Source: Eledone cirrhosa (lineage: Eukaryota). Taken from it: a stretch of 64,000 nt of DNA. The stretch spans positions 15,686,001 through 15,750,000 of the forward strand of contig OZ024748.1 in NCBI GenBank assembly GCA_964016885.1. The letters run 5' to 3'. Positions 1-12,834 of the stretch are shown here, in pieces. The notes below the pieces were generated by a model that saw only the letters and a list, made by a program, of their open reading frames with translations, did no database searches and had not been told where the DNA came from. Position numbers and translations under genes: made by a program. Every line of letters begins with the position of its first letter. Position 1 is the first letter of the stretch.

Positions 1-204
1 TACATGACAGATAGTATTAGATTTCACTAGTTTAGATATTTGTCTTATATTATTAAGTTGAAAGTATATACTCTGTGTATCCAGTTTAAATAAATACATT
101 GTATCCCTAGGTGTTGTAAGACATGTCTAAATATATTGATACATTGCTGTGCTTATGCAGCTTAGAACAGGCACCCCATATCACTGTGTATCCTATGAGG
201 CAAA

Positions 205-427
205 ATAAAGTTGCTGTCAGGTAGATTTTATGGGCAAAACCAACCAACACGAGATCCAGGGGTAGACCACAAGCAAGTTGGTTGGATAACATTCATGTGT
301 TCGGCTGGTCTGCTTTGGGAATCTAGCCAGATCAATTGGAGATGGCTGATTCTGACAGGATATGCTGGAAGGCGTGCTTGGAACCTCTGCCCTAACGACC
401 CTCTCAGGAATAAGTGAAAGAAGAAGA
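205..427 (+). mobile_element. Degenerate 3' end of RTE-clade LINE (Expander/Rex3-like), family RTE-A
   Basis: Translates to AKPTNTRSRGRPQASWLDNIH...DRICWKACLEPLP*RP, the RGRP..W C-terminal motif of RTE ORFs, with a GAA-rich tail; homologous to 11609, 12907, 49790 and 58757 copies. Confidence 0.8.
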
Positions 428-460
428 TTACTTTTTTTTAAAACACAAATGCAGTATATT

Positions 461-680
461 CATCAACATCGTTTTATGCCCGTTCTTCTATGCTTGCATC
501 AGTTGAAAGGGTCCTTCTCAGCACAGCAGATCTCCACTCACTGCATTTATTCGTCATCTTTTTTGTGAGTTTCAGTCATTTGAGGTCAGCTCTCACCACA
601 CCACCTTTGCCCAGGGTTTTCTTGGTCTACCTCAACTGCGACTTCCTTCCACTGGAATTTTCTGGCACTTCTTCAGCCAT
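461..680 (-). mobile_element. 3' end of a second RTE-clade LINE with (GAT)n tail
   Basis: Minus strand gives KKCQKIPVEGSRS*GRPRKPW followed by ADLK...EWRSAV; ends in gcaagcatagaagaacgggcataaaacgatg. Confidence 0.7.
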
Positions 681-1764
681 CAATCATCTTTCTTACAAAA
701 GTGTTAATTGAATTATATGTCATTTTGGTAGTAGCCATAGCTCAATTTCCAATAAAACTGTTGATTTCAATGTTGAGATTCCATAGCAAAACTCTTGGAG
801 ATTAGTGAGAAGCAGATATTAGTAACATTTACTAAGAACGCATGGTTCTTATTAAATAAATTGTGGAAATTAATGTTAACATGACACAAACGAGAATTCA
901 TTATCAAATTAGGTTTCAAAATTAGACGAAAATTAAGTAAACCACATGAGATTCCTATAAAGTCTGATGTAAAGGAATGTTAGTTAATTAAGTGCCAAGT
1001 GAAATACTGCCAGTAAAACTAATTATTCTGTGCCACTGTTAAGATAGTTAAAGCTTGGTTCAGTTAGTTAACTAACTACTGAACCAGTTCTAATGTCCAG
1101 AGCATTAGTAAGTTACACCTTTTGTGACACCTAAACCCAGACTTAACCCAGCTCCCATAGGACTGTCTTATCTGTGTTAATTGCTTGTTCAAAACAACAA
1201 CAACTACCCGCTTCACAAAGTCAATAAAGGAGAATATGTGATTACTTGATCTGTTAAAAATAGTAGCAAAATCTCCTTCAAATCAGATACCAAGCTAAAA
1301 CTTCAACTACTTCTTCCCTAATAGCTGCGTGGAGAAGTTTATCATATGATGTTATAATCTGTCACATGATTGGACATGGGTGAGTGTGGACTGTGTAGTA
1401 GAAAATGCAGGCTTAGTAATTTCTTTACTGTGGTCAGAGAAAGAAGTGTCAAAATCTTGGATCATCAGCTTATGAAATCTTAATATGAAGTTATTTCATT
1501 TAGAAGAATGGAGGTGAATATATGAGAGACAGAAGTGTACATTTTAGAGCTAGCCTAGGCTGTTAACTACCAAGTTATTGGCTATGATTTCACTCGATAG
1601 TTCTTCCCCAAAAGCTATGAACAGTGATGCCTGCAGGAATCCAACCTCACATCTGCTCTATATTGGACAGCTGCAATAGATATTACACTATATGACTATT
1701 TTATTGTTAATATAGGAATTGTAGCAGCTTTTCACAATAAAAGAAAATGAATTTCCAATTTTAC

Positions 1765-1962
1765 ATAAATACACACACATACACACACATATATATACAT
1801 ATATACACACACAAATATATACATATATACACACACAAATATACACACATATATATACACACACACACGCACACAAACATACACAAACATATATACACAC
1901 ACACATCTATACACACACACACACATATCTATATACACACACATACATACACAGATATATAT
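1765..1962. repeat. (CA/TA)n compound microsatellite
   Basis: Directly visible. Confidence 0.95.
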
Positions 1963-2924
1963 GCTTCGGTCCAGCTAACTTTTTAAATTAACTCCACAGT
2001 AAGTTATCTTCACCTTATATTTCTTTCATTAGTATAACTTCAAGTGAAGACAACTTACAAATACTTCGCTAATTATATAAAATTGTTTGTACTGAAATAT
2101 GATGGTAATACTAATAATACCTACTATAACTATAAATAGTTACTTTAGTATTAGTAACACCATTCAAATAACAGATTCGTTTCTTAGAAAAATTTTTTTT
2201 TTAACATATTTCTTTGTTCCTCAAAGAGAGAGTAAAACTCTAAAAGTTTGACAAATGTTTGAAGTAATGATAAGGTCCCGTAAATTGTACAACTTAATCT
2301 AATGAGTATCACTGGGTCATGAAAGATAGATTTAAAATCAAACATTAGTTGCTTGTCATCTTATACCACACCCCCACAACCTATCCATCACTCTACACCA
2401 GCTCCCTGGACATTTTTTTATTTTTTTTATTTCTTTAGCTTCACCCTGTAGTAATAATCAATAATTTTATCCTAGTTTGATTTACCTCTGATAACAGTTT
2501 TATTTTATAGACAATTTCAAACATTAATGTAGGTCAGTTTCCTTAAAAACTTTAACTATCTCTTGAAGATAAAAATATATCCGAGGATATATTTCGTAGA
2601 TATTAATTAAATGTCTTTGATAAGTGTTTTGCTGCTTTCTCTCATTAAATCTTATTCACTGTCTTATAAATATAGTTAAATATTTTGACATTTTATATTT
2701 GTTAATAACTTTATTAATATATATAAAGATGTTTATTTTTAAAATAAAATTTAGTAAGAAAAAGGGGGGGGGGGACAAAAGGAAAGAAAGAATATGGAAA
2801 TAGAAAAAAGAGAAAGAAGAAAAAAGAACGGGAAGGGGAGGGGATGGCAAGAGCTCTGGTGTCGCAGAAGAGAAGGTAGGGTGGGGGTGATTGGGCCTTG
2901 GACCTAGGACAAGAGGGTAGAAGT

Positions 2925-3075
2925 GCTGTGCCTCGCTGACAAGATGGCAAAAGCATCCCCCCAGTTGATGGCCAGTGCAACAGCCACCCAACCTCATGGG
3001 GCTCCCTCCTCAGACGGGCTGCCGACGCTCCGATCTTGCAGAGGAGTTCTGCAGTACGGGATGTTTTCAAACCAT
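2925..3075 (-). mobile_element. Putative C-terminal fragment of an RLE-type (CRE-like) non-LTR retrotransposon
   Basis: GC-richer island; minus strand reads TAELLCKIGASAARLRREPHEVGWL and, in another frame, VALAINWGDAFAILS, resembling the recalled EPRE..WL.QRLS.AIQRGNA..IL end of CRE-clade ORFs. Confidence 0.4.
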
Positions 3076-3215
3076 TTCAACTTGTCCCTAACTCTTTTGA
3101 TGGACTGATACCTGACGGAGTCGTAGGGGCACCACAGTGGCATATGATGTGTCTTAGGGTCTTTAAACCTAACAGAGCCCTTCCCCTCTTAATGTCTGAA
3201 CAGTTGATTTCTTCC

Positions 3216-3390
3216 AGAGAGAGAAGACAGAATGAGAAAGAGATATAGAGGAAGAATCAACACCAATACTGAGATATAGAGAAGACAGAATGAGAAAGAG
3301 ATATAGGGGAAGAATCAACACCAATACTGAGATATAGAGAAGACAGAATGAGAAAGAGATATAGAGGAAGAATCAACACCAATACTGAGC
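3216..3390. repeat. Three-copy tandem repeat, about 60-bp unit (agagaagacagaatgagaaagagatatag...caccaatactgag)
   Basis: Directly visible. Confidence 0.9.
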
Positions 3391-3664
3391 TAGTACTTTT
3401 TTTTGTCGATCCCTCAAACGGATGTAAAGCAAAGTTGGTCACACAGGTTTCGAACTCAGAACACAGTGAACCAGAAGAAATACCATAAAGCATTCTATCT
3501 GATATTTTAACACCAGTCAATTCATCAGCCATTTAAATTATTAAACCTTTACTAAAATAAACATAAGGTATCAGTCAGTTGCAGTACAATCTAGTTAGGG
3601 TGTTGTATATTTCTTAACTAACTGTTACAATTATTCTGGGGGGCAAATGTCTGCTCACAATTAT

Positions 3665-3996
3665 GGAAGGCACTTCATCAGATACAACGATGAGTGTTCC
3701 AATTAATCCTATCAACAGAACAGCCTGCTCATGAAATTAACGTGCAAGTGATTGAGCATTCCACAAACATGAGTACCCTTAATGTAGTTCTCAGGGAGAT
3801 TCGGCATGACTCAGAATGTAACAAGGCTGGCTCTTCGAATTACAGGTACAACTCACTTTTGCCAGCTGAGTGAACTGATACAACGTGAAATAAAGTGTCT
3901 TGCTCAAGGACACAACACATTATGTCTGAAAATTGAACTCACAACCTCCTGATTGCAAGCCCAATGCTCTAACCACAAAGCCATGTGCCTTCACAA
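3665..3996 (-). mobile_element. tRNA-head/CORE-type SINE (type B head, different 3' body)
   Basis: Reverse complement has tggctttgtggttagagc (A box), gagttcaattt (B box) and gtgtccttgagcaagacactttatttcac. Confidence 0.75.
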
Positions 3997-4800
3997 TTAT
4001 AGGGACACCTAAAACCCATAGCAAAATTAGGATACATACCACCAAGTCATACTCGATTGTTGCGCGATGGCCTGTGTAAGGCCAGGATAAGCAGGTGCCC
4101 AGGCACCCCCTTGTGAAACAGAGCCCCCTCTAAGAACAGGCTCTCTCCTATTCTCTTCAAACAGGGCCCCTGCTAACTTTTAATAACAGAGCTAAAAAGG
4201 GACCCTTAAAAGAAAGTATTTGCTGTTGCTATATGAAGGGTCCACAAACCCTGAAATGCCCTGGACCCTCAAATTCTAAACATAGCCATGTGTGTGTTGT
4301 GTAGACCTCTCTCTCTCTAGTCCTCACATCCTGATTGTTCAACTGAGCCAAAGAAAGGAGGGGGTTCAAAGAGCAGCTATGTTTGTATATGCATAAGTAC
4401 CTAAAGCTTTTAGCAAAAGAAGAGGGTAGAGGCTACCAACTCACACTCTATTACAACTGGTGGCTGTAGTTAGTCATTTAGTTAGGAGTTGGTTAGAACT
4501 TCAGAATTGTTTTGAAGCAAAACTAGAAATATTTTTTTGGATGGGAGTGTTTCTAAAATATCATATTACTTCATTTCCTTACTAATTTGAATAATTGAGT
4601 TTGAATATATTAATTATTATTTTGATAGTAATTACAGCAGCATAGTAAATTGATATAAAAATTGGATATCTGTTTAATGTGATCTGTTTTATTTCGTTAG
4701 AATAATATGTTCTGATCGTAATTTTTCCTTTTTTTTTCTGCCTGAAATAACCGAATTATCATATTGTCTGTCAGAATGTTTTAAAAATTTCTTTGCGTTT

Positions 4801-4875
4801 TTATGTAAAGACCCTTCCCCCATTTATGTAAAGACCCTTCCTCCATTTATGTAAAGACCCTTCCCTCATTTATGC
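4801..4875. repeat. Three copies of a 23-bp unit ttatgtaaagacccttcc...cat
   Basis: Directly visible. Confidence 0.9.
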
Positions 4876-5161
4876 AACTTCTACACATTCGTGGGTATGT
4901 AAATTTGATCACTGATGACCTTATGATGCACTATTTGTTGTCTGGATTTCATTTGCTTAAAAATCAATGCCAGCCAGATTATTACAGCATTTGTTGCAGC
5001 TTCAGCTAGAAAATATGAACTACATGCTCATTGTAAGTAGAATAAAAGAATGTAATTCCTTGAGATCTAACCAAACACCCTGTCTATCTATTTAATGTCA
5101 CATAGGTCCTATTTCTTGTTCGTGTTTATCCCTAGGTCGGCCCTGATTAAATATACCTAAT

Positions 5162-5868
5162 CAATGTTCCCTCTAAATTTTTCCCAACAGCTGATCAGAA
5201 CTTATAAATTTCTGAGTAAAAGTTCAAAGTATTTTAAAAGCAAAGCTACTACACAGCAACATTTCAAAGTATTTGAATGGTAACATTTTGATGTGCATGA
5301 TAACAATACAATGAAACCTTGACAATACATCTGCACACCTTTCTGATGTGCATAGTAGCCATACAATGAAACTGTGGCAATGCATCTGCACACCTTTTTG
5401 ATGTGCATGGTAGCCTTACAATGAAACTGTGGCAATGCATCTGCACACCTTTTTGATGTGCATGGTAGCCTTACAATGAAACCTTGGCAATGCATCTGCA
5501 CACCTTTTTGATGTGCATGGTAGCCTTACAATGAAACTGTGGCAATGCATCTGCACACCTTTTTGATGTGCATGGTAGCCTTACAATGAAACTGTGGCAA
5601 TGCATCTGCACACCTTTTTGATGTGCATGGTAGCCTTACAATGAAACCTTGGCAATGCACCTGCAGAACTTTTTGATGTGCATGGTAGCCTTACAATGAA
5701 ACCTTGGCAATGCACCTGCAGAACATTTTGATGTGCATGGTAGCCTTACAATGAAACCTTGGCAATGCACCTGCAGAACATTTTGATGTGCATGGTAGCC
5801 TGACAATGAAAGGCTTTCATTGTAAGGCTACCATGGCTTTGCACCTGCACAGTTTAAAGGGAATGTTG
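5162..5868. mobile_element. hAT-like MITE carrying an internal 55-bp minisatellite (about 10 copies, 5285-5810)
   Basis: Ends caatgttccctctaa ... ttaaagggaatgttg are imperfect inverted repeats; unit cacctttttgatgtgcatggtagccttacaatgaaactgtggcaatgcatctgca. Confidence 0.6.
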
Positions 5869-5934
5869 CCTGTTATTAAAGGTATTCCAGTCATTTTAGA
5901 AGTATCTATATGACATTATCTAATGTCTACTTAA

Positions 5935-6160
5935 AGGGCAAGTGGATCAACAGAATCGTTAACCCATCTGATGAAATACATTTGAATATTTCGTTATGGC
6001 CCTCTCTGTTCTGGTTTCAGGTCTCACTGAGGTCAACTTTGCCTTTTATTCTTTTAAGTTTCATAAAATAAAGTACTATCCGAGAACGAGGGTTGATAAA
6101 ATCAATGTTCCCATCCTTCCCAAATTGCTGGCTTTGTCCCTCTTTTGGAAATCATTATCT
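5935..6160 (+). mobile_element. Old degenerate copy of SINE type A
   Basis: gaggtcaactttgccttttattc...ataaaataaagtacta...aaattgctggctttgt matches the type A body. Confidence 0.7.
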
Positions 6161-6935
6161 AATGTGCACTTTGTTTTCTTTTATTTTGTAAGACATAAAT
6201 GTCTTGAGGGCTATTTTGCTGTTGCTTCTAGCAGATCAAGAGACTTGACACCTTCACACACACACACACACACATATATAAGCCTTAGTTTATTGATGTA
6301 GTAAACTTTCACTTCTCAAACAACCACCATTTGTCTATGCAGTATAGATATAGGGACAACTTGTATTGCATGGAAGATCAGGTGCAGCTGACTATTAACT
6401 CAGTCAATGGCTTTTATCAATGACCATCACAGCAATATCATCCTATTGTTGGCTCACCTTTATTGGCTGCCCAAGTCAAGAGATCAGAATAATAATTCAA
6501 TTGTATAGTTTCTGCAACAATAAGGAATTTTAACAAGAATATTCATTCATAAGAAGAAACTCACGTTGGAGATAAAAACATTAGGGATTAGAGAGTCACA
6601 GCTGTAGAAATGGGTTGAATTCTTACTGGTGATTAAGTTGAAGATGAAATGAGAATGAAGGAGAAAATAAAACCTTTCCATCATCAAAAGGTTTGAAAGC
6701 AAGAATACATAAATAATAAATAATTTCAATTGAAATTGTGTGAACAATTTAGAAGGCAACAAATTGACTTACCTAGGGACATGAGTCAAACATAGGTAAC
6801 AACCTGTTTTAAATGCTGAGAAGATAGCTGGCTATCAATTAGATTATTATTGCCAGAAAATAGGGATACAGGAAAATACAGTATAATACTGAAACTATGT
6901 TACAATTTCTGTACAGGGATGGGATCTGGTGAGGT

Positions 6936-7360
6936 TTAACCCTTTAGTATTTATATAATGTAGATTTTATATGTGGCCGATGCTCAGGGACAGTAAATGT
7001 GGTTGGCGTTAGGAAGGGCATCCAGCTGTAGATAACCAGCCAGTAAGTGTCCTATACAAGCAAGACATAGTCACCCGACTCAACTTGCCTCCAATGAGAT
7101 AAACCCGTCTAACCCATGCTAGCATGGAAGATAGACGTTAAATTATGATGATGATGATGACTATTTATTATTGTATTTTCTTAGTAAAGGCTTTACCTCA
7201 CATAATCATTTAACATAATATCGAATCTATGAAATTTTTATATTTATTTTGAGAACAATACCTTAATATCAGTATGAGGGGGCCAGTTATGGTTGGTTTG
7301 AACAGAAAGAGGTGAGAGAATTCAGGTCAGATATGGCCGGTTTAAATGCTAAAAGGTTAA
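6936..7360 (+). mobile_element. piggyBac-type TTAA MITE (family P1) interrupted by a SINE 3' part (about 6975-7160)
   Basis: ttaaccctttag...ctaaaaggttaa ends; body matches 59819 and 60910 copies; insert has ggaagggcatccagctg and a (TGA)n tail. Confidence 0.75.
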
Positions 7361-7424
7361 ATTGCTTTACGTCATGACAGCAACATTACAACTCCATGAG
7401 GAGTTAAGAGCCCATAGATGGTTA

Positions 7425-7645
7425 GCTGTCTAACTGGCTGGCTTATATGTGGGTGGCTGGCTGGGTGGATACATAAATGGCTGGCTGGCTGCCTGCATGG
7501 ATGAATGGATAGATGGCTGGCTGCTTGCATGGCTGGCTGCCTGTCTGCATGGATGAATGAATGGATGGATGAATGGGTGGCTGGGAAAATAGATGGATGA
7601 CTGCCTGCCTGCATAATTGGATGGATGGTTGGATAGCTGAATGGA
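7425..7645. repeat. (GGCT/GGAT)n degenerate tetranucleotide repeat
   Basis: Directly visible. Confidence 0.85.
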
Positions 7646-8167
7646 ACAAGTGATTAACTAAAACATAAGCTGCTACATCAAAAGAGAAATAAATGATTTG
7701 TAGAATAAACTAACTATTGTAGAATATAGAAAATGTGGTAAAACAGCAAAACCTAAAGCAGGAACAACTAGTAAGCTACTAATTAGGCTACCAACTAGTC
7801 TACAAATTAGGCTACCAATTAGTCTACTAATTAGAATTATATTGGTGATGCCAAATTTCATTTAACCCTTTTGGTACCAAACTGCATGAATCAGCCCCTG
7901 GTTCTACGATATAAAACTGTTTCTTAGATAATGTAGAAAACCTATAGCCACAGTAGATTTCTAGATGGAGAAGTAGACTCAAGGTGATTCATGCCAATAG
8001 TATGTTATGATGATGATGATGATGATCAATCAAATTTTCACCAGAAAATATGGATTCAGAAAAATATAATATATTACTGAAAATATGTAAATATCCATCC
8101 AAGTTCCAGCCCCTTAACTCTAGATGAAGTCAAAAGGGAGCCATTGTGACCTATGGTGTACCATGGA

Positions 8168-8334
8168 CAGGGCCCATGAGAGGGGTGGTCCAGCTGATAC
8201 TTTGTTCCAAGACTCAACAGCTAAGAAGGCCCCACAGCAACCATGCAACATCCATTTTGAGAAAAAAATCTTTGCCTGCTTCAGGCCCCAAAGGGGTCTT
8301 GTACCACCTTGAAAAATTTCTCTTGGAGGCCCTG
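8168..8334. mobile_element. hAT-type MITE
   Basis: TIR cagggcc...ggccctg, flanked by near-identical 8-mers accatgga/aacatggg (6/8 match), the TSD length typical of hAT. Confidence 0.6.
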
Positions 8335-8949
8335 AACATGGGTATCTATACCTGGTAGAAATTGTCCCTTTACAGCTGAATAATGAAAAGGTTAGTTATC
8401 TTACTAAATCAATCCACTTAATTATGATTTTCAAGTTGTTTTTTTTAATAAACAATTAAAAATGTAATAATGGGAGGTTTAAAGTTAATTAAAATAAGAT
8501 TTATGTAGGTTTATCCTAATTATGATACAACAGATCTCAACCAATTAATTAAATATTTTAACAGTCTATAATTACAATAAAATAACAATTTTTTTTATTC
8601 CATTTTTATATTTTACTTCTCGAAATCAGTTGAAAATAAAATCTGTATGAACTCAAAATATCAAAACGTTTTCCCTTATAAACAATAATTATTGACATTT
8701 GGGAATATTCTGCCAAAATATAGTTCAGAGAAAAAAATGATCGTTAAACTTTTCTTGAGGCAAAATAAATTTAAAGGAATCTAAAAATGTCTTCTTAGAA
8801 AACAAATAAATGGAAATATAGAGAAATATATTCCCCTGGATGTAACTCTGTAAAAATAGGTTGTATTTATTGAAATACCTTTTCATATTCAGACAAATAC
8901 ACCTACTGTCTTCTTCTGTGTGAATAGATGCCCTCATATCCCAGTGATA

Positions 8950-9071
8950 GTGAGTGAGTGAGAGAGAGAGAGAGAGAGTGTGTGTGTGTGTGTGTGTGTT
9001 TTCATCTTTATGTGAGAGTGTTTGCATGTGTCTATGAGAGAGTATTTCCATGTGTGCGTGAGAGTGTTTTC

Positions 9072-9105
<34 letters not shown>

Positions 9106-9320
9106 ATGTGTGTGTGAGAGTGTTTTCATGTGTGTGTGTGAGTACGTTTTCATGTGGTTATGAGAGAGTGTTTTCATGTGTGTGTGTGTTTGTGAGAGAG
9201 AGACCGTTTTCATGTGTATGTGTGTGCATGCCTTGAGATAAACATATTTCAGTGAGTGTGTGTGTGTGTGTGTGCATATTTGCATGAGTGTGTGTGCATG
9301 TGGGTGCGAGTGTATGTGAG
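8950..9320. repeat. (GT/GA)n compound microsatellite
   Basis: Directly visible. Confidence 0.9.
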
Positions 9321-10303
9321 TATTTATGCCGTGAGATAACAGCTTTTGTAAATTGAGTCGGTATTTCAGATATATAATATTAATTGTATATAAACTCAAT
9401 AAAAATGCACCACATTTCAACAATAGCTCATTATATTATCGTATTGAATTCTATTACATTTGTATAAAGATTGTCTTAAACTCGCTTTTGTAAGATTTTT
9501 CAAACTGAAGTTGATCAATTGTGGTTTTCTTGCTTCCTATCAAATACATTGGAGAACTTGAAAGAAGTAGAGGAAAGGCTGACAAAATAAATATTTTAAT
9601 GAAGTTTTCATATTTTATATTAAATATGCTTGATTATTCCAGCGTCATAGTCTTGTTATCACCTGCGGCAATGCCATGACTTGCCTAAAAAATAATTTGA
9701 GGTAAACTAATGCCCACAGCTGTGCCATGTAATTGAATGCGCATGTTTTATACCACTTTTTCTTTATGTTTTCTTTCTGTAAATTATTAACCTCAATATT
9801 GAAGCCAGAGAGAGAAATGTGGGCAATTTAAGAATAAAGGAAGCCTTGTTTATAGCTAGGCTCAACCTAGAAATCAATAACAGAATGGAACTCAGCACAC
9901 AATACTCGACATAAAGGGACACACCCACACACAAACTAAACACAATTTACACAAGAAATTTGATTATATACAGAAATTGATGTCATCCTCTTGCTTCTTG
10001 TGAATACTTAAGCAAACATCAAACAACACTTGAAAACAGTTTATAGATTTTCAATTCAAATCTAATTTCAAAGAAGAGACCGGAATTTTTTTTTTTCCTT
10101 AAGAGTTTGTTAACCTCTGACAAAGGGAATTTTAAGTCACAAAATATTAGAATGAAAGAAATAAAAAGAAAAAAACAAAAACAAAACAAATATAACCAGG
10201 TAACTAACTTTTTTCATTGCCTTCATCTTACCATCCATTTTACATTGTTTAGACTTATTACATATATCACTTTCCCTCACACTCCCTTTATAGTTATGCT
10301 ATT

Positions 10304-10435
10304 TACCATATTTCCCAGCGTCCTCGAGGATGCACCCTAATTTTGTCAACCAAAAATTTGAAAAAAAATAATATACAACTTTCGGCCTCCAGGACGCATG
10401 GTAGATTTTTGAGACTTATTTTAGGAAATACGGTA
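10304..10435. mobile_element. Tigger/pogo-type MITE
   Basis: ta-ccatatttcc ... ggaaatacgg-ta inverted termini with TA TSD. Confidence 0.65.
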
Positions 10436-11608
10436 ATAAATTTTTTGTCTACACTAAATGACATCTGACTCAGACAGTCTTATTATTGGTCACTCCTCTC
10501 AGGACAAGCTTAACTTGACAGCTAGTTTTACTAATTTCAGGAATTGAGTTAACAGTTTCAGATATTAAAATCTTGACCATTTCTTTCACACGTTTAATGC
10601 CAAACTGCCTGAACCATAGTAAGAATTTCTGCCAGTGGTATTTGAATTCAGAATGCACAGAGCCAGATCAGAAACTGCAAAGTATCGCATCCAACACTTT
10701 AACAATTCCATCAATCCACCAACCCAAAACTGGTAAATTATTTATGGAAATAAATTATATCTTTATTAATACCTGTAAACTAGATTAATTGGTAAGGTGG
10801 TATTGGCAAGATTATCTCAAGTTAAGATAAGAAAAAAAAAGAAAAAAAAAACAAAGTAAAGAAATAAGAATGATAGGAATGTTGCTCTATTAATTCTAGA
10901 GAGAGAGCAGATATAAAATGTCTTCTATGATATTGGAATAATGTTGCCAAGATTTTATTGTTTTCATCTTCCTAGATAGTATTTAATTTTGGCCATATTC
11001 TTATGCAGTTTTACCAATAGTATTAGGAGATAAACTGAATGATCTGTTCTATAAGACATTCAGGAAAACCACTATAAAGTTAGATGACAAAGAATTTATA
11101 CATTAATACAGGCTGATTTTAATGGTCAGGCCAACAACAACAGCACTCAGTACTGTATTGTCATGTAAGAATTCTATCCCATGATATTAGCAATGATGTT
11201 TACACATTAGCTTTCTTGGTTCTTGAAATACTAATCAATTTATTATCTATTTCACATGCTTTAGAAAACCAGTTATCTAACAGACTTAAAGTCGGTTTAT
11301 TTGGGAAATCAATGGAGTGCAAGACAGATAAATGGTAAACTATACAAATTCCTTGCAATCTGAAGGATATTTACAGCATAGGTAAGTACTGAGTTTAGAT
11401 TAAGAACAATGAAAGTTGAAGGATGTTAATCTGTAGAAAGAGCATGGCATTTGATATAGATACTTTGGTAAATAACATCCAATAAAAAGGATGTATATAA
11501 ATGGTCAAGGAATTAGAGACAGTTTAAATTGTAGAAGATTTGACATTAACTTTTAAAATCCTGGAATGATTTAATAGAAAATGTCTGAAAACAAAACAAG
11601 ATCACAAA

Positions 11609-11993
11609 TACAAGGGGCCGAAATGGGTTTCCTTTGAAGGGTCTTTGGAGTAACGTTACTCAATGAAGTGCGTAGCTCGGAGTTCAGATTATCACTCCAG
11701 GTAAAGCTGCTACTTCTCTGAATTGAGAGATCACAGCTCTAATACTAAGGGCATGTGGCTAGAATGTCTTAGGAAAGAAATGCTGGTCAGATTTTACAGG
11801 CAAAACCAACTGGCTGGAGACCCAGGGATAGATCCCAAGGAAGATGGTTGGATAACATCCATGAGCTTGGCTGGTCTTGGAAATCCAGCCAGATCAATTA
11901 GAGATAGTTGCTTCTGACAGGACCCACTGGAAGAAGTGTTTGAGGGCTCTGCCGCCTCGGCCCTCTCAGAAATAAGTGGATGAAAAAGAAGAA
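11609..11993 (+). mobile_element. RTE-A LINE 3' fragment
   Basis: Starts at QGAEMGFL, continues with LLLL.IERSQL...GMWLEC...DGWIT; GAA tail. Confidence 0.85.
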
Positions 11994-12834
11994 AATGTAG
12001 GAAAACAGGTTTGTTAAATTGAATATTTGTAGTATCCTTTAGCAGTAGTTAAATAATTTTGAAAATTTGCAGTATTAAAAGTAATGAATTTAATTCTTAA
12101 TGTGATGTGGCCGTCGTGCTGTTCTATAATTTTCAAGAATGTCTTGTTCGTGTAGTTTCATGTGTTTTGTTAATCCAAATGTATATAACATCTTTATTAG
12201 TGGGCAGATGGTTGTGAAAATTTGCAGTTTTTGAGCAAAAGCTTCAATTTTTAGTGTAATATTGTCATAGTGGTGTTTTATACTTTCTGAGCATGCTTTG
12301 CTAATGTAATTTCAGGCAGTACAGGATGTTAAGGGTTAATTTACAATTTGCTGCAAAGCTGTAGGTAATGAGAGATGAAATATATAAAGAGGAACCATGT
12401 TTGAAACGAATAATAAATTATATAGATAACATGATGATAAATTCATGGAAATAAGGAACTGTATAAGAATTTGTAGTTAAATATTTGACAATGAATTAGA
12501 CATTAAACATGCCTGTTTAGAAAGAAGTTGATTTTCTGTAATGTGTTATTACTGGGCCAGAGTTTAATGGTAGTTAGTCATGATGAAATAAGATTCCACT
12601 GGAGAACTTTGTCTTTAATGATATGGCTGTACCTGCATTCTGTAAGTATAAACAGAAAGCAACAAGAAAATAGTTTAACAAGGAAACTCAGTAGGAAAAT
12701 AAGAAGCTACTACTGTAAGCTGAGAATACACTAGCGCAAGGATTCTTAAATAGAAGAAGGCATTGCCTTTCAGGAGAGGAATATTGGTTAAGGGAGTAAT
12801 GTTAGTTAGTGGATTAGGAATCCAAACTAGGAAA

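Noticed and set aside
4065-4290. Possible hAT-like MITE
   Set aside because: GC-richer with gggccc-like motifs, but termini and TSD are too decayed to support
11264-11390. Exon suggested by the strong donor AG|gtaagt (similar donors at 1380, 5033 and 38903)
   Set aside because: Stops in all frames or short unrecognisable peptides; no consistent exon chain. A non-coding exon cannot be excluded
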